Shown here: one piece after another, positions 8,615 to 16,025 of the stretch
Layout of the letters: the number at the start of each line of letters is the position of its first letter
Numbering within the stretch: position 1 is the stretch's first letter
Source: Candidatus Kaiserbacteria bacterium RIFCSPHIGHO2_01_FULL_58_22
GTDB lineage: Bacteria; Patescibacteriota; Minisyncoccia; Phycocordibacterales; UBA2100
Direction of reading: 5' to 3'
Length of the DNA: 35,514 bases
NCBI GenBank assembly: GCA_001781445.1
Contig: MFLB01000021.1
Span: 1 to 35,514 of the forward strand
Notes under the pieces: model-generated
Database searches by the model: none
The model's input: the letters and a program-made list of their open reading frames with translations, nothing else
Told to the model about the DNA's origin: nothing
Translations under genes and position numbers: made by a program

Positions 8615-9670
8615 ATGGCAAAGATAGATTTTGGCGGGACGGTTGAAGACGTTGTGACGCGCGACGAGTTTTCGCTTGAGAAAGCGCGCGAGATCTTGAA
8701 AGACGAGACTGTTGCAGTACTTGGCTACGGCGTACAGGGCCCAGCGCAAGCATTGAACATGCGAGACAACGGCATCAATGTCATCGTTGGCCAGCGCTCG
8801 GGAACTCCTTCGTACGAGAAGGCGGTGCAGGACGGGTGGGTGCCGGGAAAGACGCTCTTTTCTCCCGAAGAGGCCGCCGAGAAAGGTACCGTCATTCAAT
8901 TCCTCATATCCGATGCCGGGCAAATGAAGACGTGGCCGGACATCAAAAAGCACCTCACGAAAGGCAAAGCGCTCTATTTCTCACACGGATTCGGGCTCGT
9001 ATTCAACGATCAGACGGGCATCGTCCCGCCGAAAGATGTGGACGTCATCCTCGTCGCGCCCAAAGGCTCCGGCCGGAGCGTGCGCATCAACTTTCTGAAC
9101 GGGAGCGGCATCAATGCGAGCTACGCGGTAGACCAGGATGCGACCGGCCGCGCAAAAGAGCGTACGATTGCGCTTGGGATCGCGCTCGGCGCCGGCTACC
9201 TCTTCCCCACGACATTCAAGAACGAGGTCTACAGCGACCTTACGGGCGAGCGCGGAATTTTGATGGGCGCGCTCGCAGGCGTGATGGAAGCGCAGTACAA
9301 CGAGCTTCGCAAGCACGGCCACTCTCCGAGTGAAGCATTCAATGAGACCGTCGAGGAGCTGACGCAAAGCCTCATCCGCCTCGTCGGAGAGAATGGCATG
9401 GACTGGATGTACGCGAATTGCTCGACGACCGCCCAGCGCGGCGCGCTCGATTGGCGGCCAAAGTTCCGCAAAGCGGTGGAGCCGGTGTTCGAGGAACTCT
9501 ACAAGAGCGTCGCCTCGGGAAAAGAAACCGCCATAACCCTTAAAGCAAACAGCCAGCCGGATTACCGAGTGAAGCTTGAGGAAGAACTCAAAGAGATTCG
9601 AGAATCGGAAATGTGGAAAGCCGGCGCCGCCGTCCGCTCACTGCGCCCCGAGAATTGGAAGAAACAATAA
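8615..9670 (+). CDS. ilvC: Ketol-acid reductoisomerase
   Basis: GYGVQG Rossmann motif, FSHGF, VAPKGSG, SDLTGERG, NCSTTAQRGA; start reassigned to ATG 8615 (MAKIDFGG). Confidence 0.96.
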   Translation: MAKIDFGGTVEDVVTRDEFSLEKAREILKDETVAVLGYGVQGPAQALNMRDNGINVIVGQRSGTPSYEKAVQDGWVPGKTLFSPEEAAEKGTVIQFLISDAGQMKTWPDIKKHLTKGKALYFSHGFGLVFNDQTGIVPPKDVDVILVAPKGSGRSVRINFLNGSGINASYAVDQDATGRAKERTIALGIALGAGYLFPTTFKNEVYSDLTGERGILMGALAGVMEAQYNELRKHGHSPSEAFNETVEELTQSLIRLVGENGMDWMYANCSTTAQRGALDWRPKFRKAVEPVFEELYKSVASGKETAITLKANSQPDYRVKLEEELKEIRESEMWKAGAAVRSLRPENWKKQ

Positions 9671-9688
9671 TGTTATTATGGTGCATCT

Positions 9689-10039
9689 ATGGCGATACGC
9701 ATCATAAAAGATCGCATTTCAAGAAAAGAACTTCGGGAAATTGCAGATGAGCGGTTCGGCGATCTCGTCAAGGCCGCAATCGACATTCGACAGGAAATTA
9801 TCGCGCTCGGAGCCGAACTTCATGCTGATGCGCAAGTCGAACTTATCGAGAAGGAAGAATCAAGTACAGAAGACATTTGGGGAATTAACCTATATCCTGC
9901 AGAGAAAGACGATGCACTTGTGGAGTTCGATTCGATGATCAATCTCAAGCCTGCATTCGGCAACCGCACACGAGGAGTTGATGATGAGTCTACGAGGGGA
10001 AAAATCAGGGAGATTGTTAATCGAATCGTAACTGATTGA
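9689..10039 (+). CDS. DUF5674-like protein
   Basis: FGDLVKA.IDI, ELHAD, IWGINLYP, EFDSMINL.P..GNR.RGV pattern. Confidence 0.75.
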   Translation: MAIRIIKDRISRKELREIADERFGDLVKAAIDIRQEIIALGAELHADAQVELIEKEESSTEDIWGINLYPAEKDDALVEFDSMINLKPAFGNRTRGVDDESTRGKIREIVNRIVTD

Positions 10040-10040
10040 T

Positions 10041-10355
10041 ATGGCTTTCCAACACGATCCGGCACGATGGCACACACTCTCGCTTGCCGAACAGTTGGGC
10101 AACATCGGAAGCGAGGTGCATCGCGCGCGGATGGCAGAACATGCAAATGAGAGCCGATTTATTGCCGCGCGCGATCGATCCCTCGAGCTTTTTGATCTCA
10201 CGCTCGCCGATCCGCGCTGGAAGGGCCGTTTGCGGGAAATCGCCCGCGCGCGAGAAGTCTTCTGCGACGCCGCCGAGGGCGGAAAACAATATCAAACGAC
10301 CATCGCAGAACTCGAACCGTACTTCGACCGATTCGCCATGGCTGTACGAAAATAG
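10041..10355 (+). CDS. Small helical hypothetical protein
   Basis: W..LSL.EQLGNIGSEV.RA and EI.RARE motifs; starts 1 bp after the DUF5674-like gene. Confidence 0.7.
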   Translation: MAFQHDPARWHTLSLAEQLGNIGSEVHRARMAEHANESRFIAARDRSLELFDLTLADPRWKGRLREIARAREVFCDAAEGGKQYQTTIAELEPYFDRFAMAVRK

Positions 10356-10405
10356 CCGGCGCCGCAGTGCGCTCCATGCGCCCCGAGAACTGGAAGAAAT
10401 CCTAG
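10355..10405 (+). pseudogene. Orphan diverged copy of the ilvC 3' end
   Basis: Encodes AGAAVRSMRPENWKKS* versus AGAAVRSLRPENWKKQ* at 9620-9670. Confidence 0.85.
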
Positions 10406-10442
10406 AACAGCCTGAGTGTCCCGCCAGTGGTAAAGTTCACCC

Positions 10443-11885
10443 GTGGCACAAAAGACGGAACCTTTCATATCGCTCAAGAAAGTCTCGATACGGGCGCATG
10501 GGCGCGTCCTTTTCGAGAACCTGCATTGGGAGATAAAGAACAACGAGCAATGGGCAGTAATAGGGTCTAATGGCTCGGGACGCTCCTCGCTCATGCGGGC
10601 GATTGCCGGTTCTCTTCCGCCTACCAAAGGAACAATTACACGTGTTTCGGACAATATAGAATACGTCTCTTTCGAGACACAAAAGAAACATTTGCCTTTC
10701 GAGACGTTCATCCAAGACCGCTGGAACGTCGGCCTTCGCGAGAACGGACTTACGGTCGCAGGCCTACTTCCCAAAGCGCCGCGCAAGCTCATCGCAGATT
10801 TCGGACTGAAAACGCTACTCGGTAGAAGCATTATTGAACTTTCGAATGGAGAGCGCCGCAAAGTGGAGATAGCGCGCGCGCTTCTGAAGGATCCTTCCCT
10901 TCTCATCTTGGACAATCCATACGAGGGGTTGGACGAGCAGTTCCGAAAGAAATTGACAAAAATATTGAACTCTCTCATGCGCTCGAAGATGCGCCTTATC
11001 ATCGTCGGGACGAGTAGAGATGAGATACCAACGGGTATCACGCATGTTTTCCTGATTGAAGAGGGTGGAAGAGTCACGCAATTCCCTAAAAAAAGTGTAC
11101 CAAGGTTAAACCTTGCCATTGATTCTCGAGGTGAAACATTGCCGAAAATCTCCAAGGGGAAAGGGGGTGTTGAAAAAAGAGCGTATAACGCTAGCTTACG
11201 CGGCCGCGTGAGCAAGAGTTATATGCCGATTGTGCAGATGAAAAAGGTGAACGTCTTATACGACGGACGAAAGATTCTTCGTAATGTCAATTGGACGGTA
11301 CGTGAATACGAACGCTGGGCGCTCTTTGGTCCTAATGGTGCGGGAAAGACGACGCTCCTCTCCCTTATCCTTGCGGACAATCCGCAGGCGTATGCCAACG
11401 ACATCACGCTCTTTGGCAAGAAAAGAGGCTCCGGCGAAAGTATTTGGGAAATCAAGCGTCAGATCGGATCTGTCTCGCCGGAGCTTCAGCTCTACTTCCC
11501 AACCTCTATGACCTGCCTTGATGTTGTGTGTTCGGGATGGTTCGACACCATTGGACTGTACCGAGAATGTACGGAGGATCAGCGCGAGATCGCACTCGCA
11601 TGGCTCCAACGCTTCGGAGTCGCTGAACACGCGGGAGAACCATTTGAAAATGTTTCAGAGGGTGAGCAGCGCCTTACGCTCCTTGCTCGCGCAATGGTGA
11701 AAAATCCTCGACTCCTCGTCTTGGATGAGCCGTGCCAGGGACTCGACCCCGAGCATCGCGATCGAGTCCTTGAGGCCGTTGATTCGATCGAGAAGGACTC
11801 CACGACTATTATTTATGTCACCCACCGCGCCGACGAGCTTCCGAAAAGTACTACCCACGTATTCAGATTAGAGAAAAAATCCTAA
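10443..11885 (+). CDS. ModF-like ABC ATPase with two nucleotide-binding domains
   Basis: GSNGSGRS/LSNGE/LILDNPYEGLD and GPNGAGKT/VSEGEQR/LVLDEPCQGLD; ADNPQAYAND..LFGKKRGSGESIWEIK segment typical of ModF-like proteins. Confidence 0.85.
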   Translation: MAQKTEPFISLKKVSIRAHGRVLFENLHWEIKNNEQWAVIGSNGSGRSSLMRAIAGSLPPTKGTITRVSDNIEYVSFETQKKHLPFETFIQDRWNVGLRENGLTVAGLLPKAPRKLIADFGLKTLLGRSIIELSNGERRKVEIARALLKDPSLLILDNPYEGLDEQFRKKLTKILNSLMRSKMRLIIVGTSRDEIPTGITHVFLIEEGGRVTQFPKKSVPRLNLAIDSRGETLPKISKGKGGVEKRAYNASLRGRVSKSYMPIVQMKKVNVLYDGRKILRNVNWTVREYERWALFGPNGAGKTTLLSLILADNPQAYANDITLFGKKRGSGESIWEIKRQIGSVSPELQLYFPTSMTCLDVVCSGWFDTIGLYRECTEDQREIALAWLQRFGVAEHAGEPFENVSEGEQRLTLLARAMVKNPRLLVLDEPCQGLDPEHRDRVLEAVDSIEKDSTTIIYVTHRADELPKSTTHVFRLEKKS

Positions 11886-11917
11886 ACAAGACGAGCTAAG
11901 ACTGATACTATCCCATT

Positions 11918-12283
11918 ATGAAAATCAAAGGCTTTGATGATACGATTGCTTGGTACGACAACGACGCCGAGCAATATGCGGCAGCGCTACAAGAAGCAGT
12001 TCCAGTTGCGGCAATAGAAAAGTTCCTCGAAGCGCTGCCTCTGAATCCCTCCATACTAGAAGCCGGCTGCGGGCCCGGCAGGGAATCCACCGTCTTTCAC
12101 CAGAAAGGCGCGAGAGTCGTGGGTGTTGATCTTTCAGAAGGATTGCTCGACATCGCGAGAAAAAATAATCCTGATGTTGAATACATCAAAGCAGACTTTC
12201 TTGAACTCCCGTTTCCCGGGAGCAAGTTTATTGGTGTGTGGGCTCACGCCTCGCTCGTTCACCTAGAGGGGAAATGGGGATAA
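11918..12283 (+). pseudogene. Class I SAM-dependent methyltransferase, C-terminally truncated
   Basis: ILEAGCGPG, VVGVDLS, GVWAHASLVHL; stops abruptly inside the inverted repeat starting at 12268. Confidence 0.75.
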
Positions 12284-12497
12284 GTCCGATATTTCCTCGC
12301 ATTCTGTGGCCTAGTATTCTCATGCCACGCCTTCCGCGTGTCGCTGTCGGCGGCGTCCCATACTACGTCATCAACCGTGCGAACGGACGCGCGAGGATAT
12401 TTCACGATGAAAAAGAGTACCGGCATTTCGGGCCGAAGGGCTCATGATATTACACAATGCAAATGCCCAAAATAACGGACGTATCCCCATTATCCCC
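12268..12497 (+). mobile_element. Internally deleted RAYT/Y1 tyrosine-transposase-like element with long imperfect inverted repeats
   Basis: Left GGGGAAATGGGGATAAGTCCGATATTT; right end (12470-12497) reverse-complements to GGGGATAATGGGGATACGTCCGTTATTT. ORF 12322-12447 (MPRLPRVAVGGVPYYVINRANGRARIFHDEKEY) resembles RAYT N-termini. Confidence 0.7.
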
Positions 12498-12590
12498 ATC
12501 GATCCCGAGACAACCACGATGATCTACGTCACCCACCGCGCCGACGAGCTTCCGAAAAGTATCACGAACGCACTCACGCTGAAAAAATAA
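12498..12590 (+). pseudogene. Orphan diverged copy of the ModF-like ATPase 3' end
   Basis: Encodes IDPETTTMIYVTHRADELPKSITNALTLKK*; 34 bp at 12528-12561 identical to 11817-11850. Confidence 0.85.
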
Positions 12591-12598
12591 GCTATTGA

Positions 12599-12666
12599 CC
12601 CCGTTAGAAATAGCCCGCCCCATGGGCCCTTCGGGCGCGCAAGCGCGGACGCGATTTCTAACGGGG
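12599..12666. mobile_element. 68-bp non-autonomous miniature element (MITE-like)
   Basis: Perfect 13-bp TIRs CCCCGTTAGAAAT / ATTTCTAACGGGG; flanked by direct repeat TTGA (12595-12598, 12667-12670). Confidence 0.8.
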
Positions 12667-12694
12667 TTGACAAGAATCGGAGTGGAGGTACTAT
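12667..12694 (+). promoter_or_regulatory. sigma70-type promoter of the ilvB leader
   Basis: TTGACA (12667-12672)-N16-TACTAT (12689-12694)-N6-ATG 12701. Confidence 0.75.
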
Positions 12695-12700
12695 TAAAAC

Positions 12701-12760
12701 ATGAGCCAGAAAGGAGTCGTCGTAGTCGTCGTCAATCCCGCTCGGGCGCGGCTCTCATAA
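12701..12760 (+). CDS. Attenuator leader peptide MSQKGVVVVVVNPARARLS
   Basis: 19 codons with six consecutive Val codons (12716-12733), directly upstream of ilvB. Confidence 0.85.
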   Translation: MSQKGVVVVVVNPARARLS

Positions 12761-12810
12761 CATACACACATACGAAACCGAGAGCCCGCCCAAAAGCGGG
12801 CTTTGTGCTT
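12744..12810 (+). terminator. Attenuator: mutually exclusive antiterminator and terminator
   Basis: Terminator AGCCCGC-CCAAAA-GCGGGCT followed by TTGTGCTT (12783-12810); antiterminator GGGCG(C)GGCTCTC (12744-12756) pairs with GAGAGCCCGCCC (12780-12791). Confidence 0.8.
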
Positions 12811-12825
12811 AAATACAAGGAAACT

Positions 12826-14511
12826 ATGGAAAAAATCAGCGGAGGCCATGCACTCATGAGATCCCTCATTCGAGAGGGGGTGGATACCATTTTCGGTTAT
12901 CCCGGCGGCGCCATCATGCCCGTGTACGACGCGCTCTATGATTACAAAGACAAAATCCGCCACATTTTGGTGCGGCACGAGCAGGGCGCCGCGCATGCCG
13001 CGGAAGGATATTCGCGAACGCGCGGCAAACCAGGCGTGGCGATGGCCACATCCGGCCCAGGCGCGACGAACCTCGTCACAGGAATCGCCGACGCGATGTG
13101 CGACTCGATCCCCATCGTATGCATCACCGGGCAGGTGCCGAAGGCGATCTTGGGCACCGATGCATTCCAGGAGGCTCCCGTCATCGGCATCGTAACGCCC
13201 ATCACGAAATGGTGCTTTCAGGTCACGAGGGCGGAGGAGATTCCGGAGGCTGTCGCGAAGGCATTCCACATCGCTTCGACAGGAAGGCCCGGGCCCGTGC
13301 TGATAGACATAACCAAAAACGCCCAGATCGAGCTCTTCGACTACGATCCGCAGGCGAAGTATTCGTTCTCCTCGCGGCTCGCGCCGAAAGATTTCAAAAA
13401 AGACCTGCCGCGCGCGGCGGAGCTTTTGAACAAGGCGGAGCGCCCCTACATGCTCATCGGCCACGGTATCGCGATCTCGAAGGCGGAGGGAGAACTCAAA
13501 AAATTCATGGAGAAGAGCGGCGTTCCCGTAGCCTCGACCATCCTCGGGCTCTCATGCATTTCTACCGATCACCCTCTCTACATGGGGATGCTCGGCATGC
13601 ACGGCAACTACAGCACCAACAAGCTGACCAACAGGGCTGATGTGATCCTCGCCGTCGGCATGCGCTTCGACGATCGCGTGACGGGAAAGATCTCGGAATA
13701 CGCGAAGAACGCCAAAATCATTCACGTGGACATCGACCATGCGGAATTAGACAAGGTGATAAAGGCAGAGATCCCCATCCATGCCGACGCGAAGGAATTT
13801 CTCACGGGTATCTTATCGCTCATCAAAAAGCGCGACCACGGCACATGGATCAAGGAATTCAAGAAGCTCGATGAGGAAGAAAAGAAAGTCGTGAATGACG
13901 CCGAGCTCTATCCCAAAGAAGGCGAGATCACGATGGCCGAGACGATCCGCGTCCTTTCGGAAAAGACGAAAGGAAAGGCGGTCATCGTCGCCGACGTAGG
14001 ACAGCACCAGATGATCGCGGCCCGCTACTACCAATTCCGCGCTCCCGACAGCTACATCACCTCGGGCGGTCTTGGCACGATGGGCTTCGCGCTCCCCGCG
14101 GCCCTCGGCGCGAAAGTCGGCGACCCAAAGCGTGAAGTAATCGCCATCATCGGCGACGGCTCCTTCCAGATGACCCTGCAGGAGCTTGGCACGATCAGGC
14201 AGGAAAAACTCGCCGTAAAAATAATCATCCTCAACAACCGATTCCTCGGCATGGTCAGGCAGTGGCAGGAGCTCTTCTTCGAGAATCGCTACTCATTCGT
14301 GCATATGGACAATCCTGATTTCAACAAGATCACCGACGGCTATCACATTCCGAATGAGCTGGTGGAAAAGCGCGAAGAGCTTAGCGCAGCGCTCAATCGC
14401 CTCTTGAAGGCAAAGGGAAGCTACCTCCTCGACGTGCGCGTGAAGAAGGAGGAGAATGTGTTCCCCATGGTTCCAAGCGGAGCTTCCGTTGACGAGGTAC
14501 GGATCAAATAA
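12826..14511 (+). CDS. ilvB: Acetolactate synthase (AHAS) large subunit
   Basis: FGYPGGAI, RHEQGA, TSGPGATN, GMLGMHG, RFDDRVTG, DVGQHQM, GDGSFQM..NN TPP motif; start reassigned to ATG 12826 with AAGGA SD. Confidence 0.96.
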   Translation: MEKISGGHALMRSLIREGVDTIFGYPGGAIMPVYDALYDYKDKIRHILVRHEQGAAHAAEGYSRTRGKPGVAMATSGPGATNLVTGIADAMCDSIPIVCITGQVPKAILGTDAFQEAPVIGIVTPITKWCFQVTRAEEIPEAVAKAFHIASTGRPGPVLIDITKNAQIELFDYDPQAKYSFSSRLAPKDFKKDLPRAAELLNKAERPYMLIGHGIAISKAEGELKKFMEKSGVPVASTILGLSCISTDHPLYMGMLGMHGNYSTNKLTNRADVILAVGMRFDDRVTGKISEYAKNAKIIHVDIDHAELDKVIKAEIPIHADAKEFLTGILSLIKKRDHGTWIKEFKKLDEEEKKVVNDAELYPKEGEITMAETIRVLSEKTKGKAVIVADVGQHQMIAARYYQFRAPDSYITSGGLGTMGFALPAALGAKVGDPKREVIAIIGDGSFQMTLQELGTIRQEKLAVKIIILNNRFLGMVRQWQELFFENRYSFVHMDNPDFNKITDGYHIPNELVEKREELSAALNRLLKAKGSYLLDVRVKKEENVFPMVPSGASVDEVRIK

Positions 14512-14774
14512 TGCGTATGCGCTACGAGATAAGGATCACATCCGAAAACGCGCCCGGCACGCTCTACCGCATCGCCGGCACGATGCTCCGGAAGAAGATA
14601 AACATCGAGTCCCTGCACGTGCAGGAGATCGACCCGGTGCGCCACCTGTCGCAGTTCACCATCGAGATATTCCTCGAACCCGATCTGATGGAGAAACTCA
14701 TCAAGCAGATACAGCGCATCGTCGAGGTCACGGAGGCGAAATATCTCGCGATCGGCGAAAACGGGAAGGCGTGA
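14511..14774 (+). CDS. ilvN: AHAS small regulatory subunit (single ACT domain)
   Basis: EN.PGTL.RI.G...RKKINIESL; TAATG overlap with ilvB. Confidence 0.85.
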   Translation: MRMRYEIRITSENAPGTLYRIAGTMLRKKINIESLHVQEIDPVRHLSQFTIEIFLEPDLMEKLIKQIQRIVEVTEAKYLAIGENGKA

Positions 14775-14823
14775 GGTCAGACCGTGGATCTTCGCCAATG
14801 TCGGACCTTGCTATACTGCGAAC

Positions 14824-15969
14824 ATGCTTGCGTTGGCGCGAACTCTCTGGAGAAAGTTGCGCAAAATGCGCTTTTCCTACGAGCCGCTCATCGAGGTCCG
14901 CATTTCCCGCGAGGCGATCCTGCACAATCTGGCGGCGTTCCAAAACTTCAAGATGGACATGGCGGTCGCGCCGGTCCTCAAAGCAAACGCTTACGGGCAC
15001 GGGCTCGTCGAGGTGGCGAAGGTCGTGGACCGGGAGGACGTGCCCTTCGCCTGCGTGGATTCGTACTTCGAGGCGCTGATCCTCCGCAACGAGGGCTTCC
15101 GCGCTCCCATTCTCGTCGTCGGCTATACGCCGCTCGAGAACATACTGGGGAGCCGGCTCGAGCGCGTCGCGTTCGGCATCTTGAGCGCGGACGAGCTCTA
15201 CCGGCTCGCGAAGAACGCGCGTGAGCGCGTGGCCATCCACCTCAAGATAGACACCGGCATGCGCCGCCACGGCGTAACGCAAGGCGGCATCGAGGAGGCT
15301 ATCGCGCTCCTGAAGGCGAATCCGCGGCTCGCGCTCCAGGGCCTCTACACGCACCTCGCCGACGCGGACACTCCCGGCTCTGCGCACGCGGCGCGGCAGA
15401 TCGAAGAGTGGAACGCGGCGGTCGAGCGTTTCCGCGCGGCGATCCCGGGCATCGCCTATTTCCACTGCGCGGCCACGAGCGGCGCCGCGCTCGCGAAAAC
15501 GATCGACGCGAACGTGATGCGCCTCGGCATCGGCCTCTACGGCTTCGGCACGGGCGAGGAGCCTCTCCCGCTCCGCCCCGCGCTCGAGATGGTAACGCGG
15601 ATCACGTCCGTGCGGCCGCTCAAAAAAGGCGAATCGGTCGGCTACAACGCCGCGTTTACCGCTCCCCGCGACATGCAGATAGCGACTATCCCCGCCGGAT
15701 ACTACGAGGGCGTGGACAGGCGGCTTTCCAACCATGGCGCCGTGCTGACGCGGGACACGCCGTGCCCCATCGTGGGGCGGGTGAGCATGAACATCACCTC
15801 GTTCGATATTTCGCACCTTCCCGGCGTCGGCATCGGCGAGGAGGCGGTCGTCATCAGCGTGGACGAATCGGCGCCGAACTGCGTCAAGGCAATCGCGAAA
15901 ACTTGCGAGACCATCCCCTACGAGATACTCGTGCGCATCCCCGCGCACCTGCGGAGAGTCGTCGTATAG
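14824..15969 (+). CDS. alr: Alanine racemase
   Basis: VLKANAYGHG PLP-Lys, HLKIDTGMRRHG, RLGIGLYG, VGYN, GRVSMN, TIPYEIL. Confidence 0.95.
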   Translation: MLALARTLWRKLRKMRFSYEPLIEVRISREAILHNLAAFQNFKMDMAVAPVLKANAYGHGLVEVAKVVDREDVPFACVDSYFEALILRNEGFRAPILVVGYTPLENILGSRLERVAFGILSADELYRLAKNARERVAIHLKIDTGMRRHGVTQGGIEEAIALLKANPRLALQGLYTHLADADTPGSAHAARQIEEWNAAVERFRAAIPGIAYFHCAATSGAALAKTIDANVMRLGIGLYGFGTGEEPLPLRPALEMVTRITSVRPLKKGESVGYNAAFTAPRDMQIATIPAGYYEGVDRRLSNHGAVLTRDTPCPIVGRVSMNITSFDISHLPGVGIGEEAVVISVDESAPNCVKAIAKTCETIPYEILVRIPAHLRRVVV

Positions 15970-16025
15970 CGCGTGCCCGAAGATACTCGCTCCGGGCGAG
16001 AGGTTTCCGAGGCCTCGGCGAAAAA

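Noticed and set aside
12595-12825. 77-aa N-terminal extension of IlvB in the ORF track
   Set aside because: The region is a MITE, promoter, leader peptide and attenuator; AHAS similarity begins at ATG 12826
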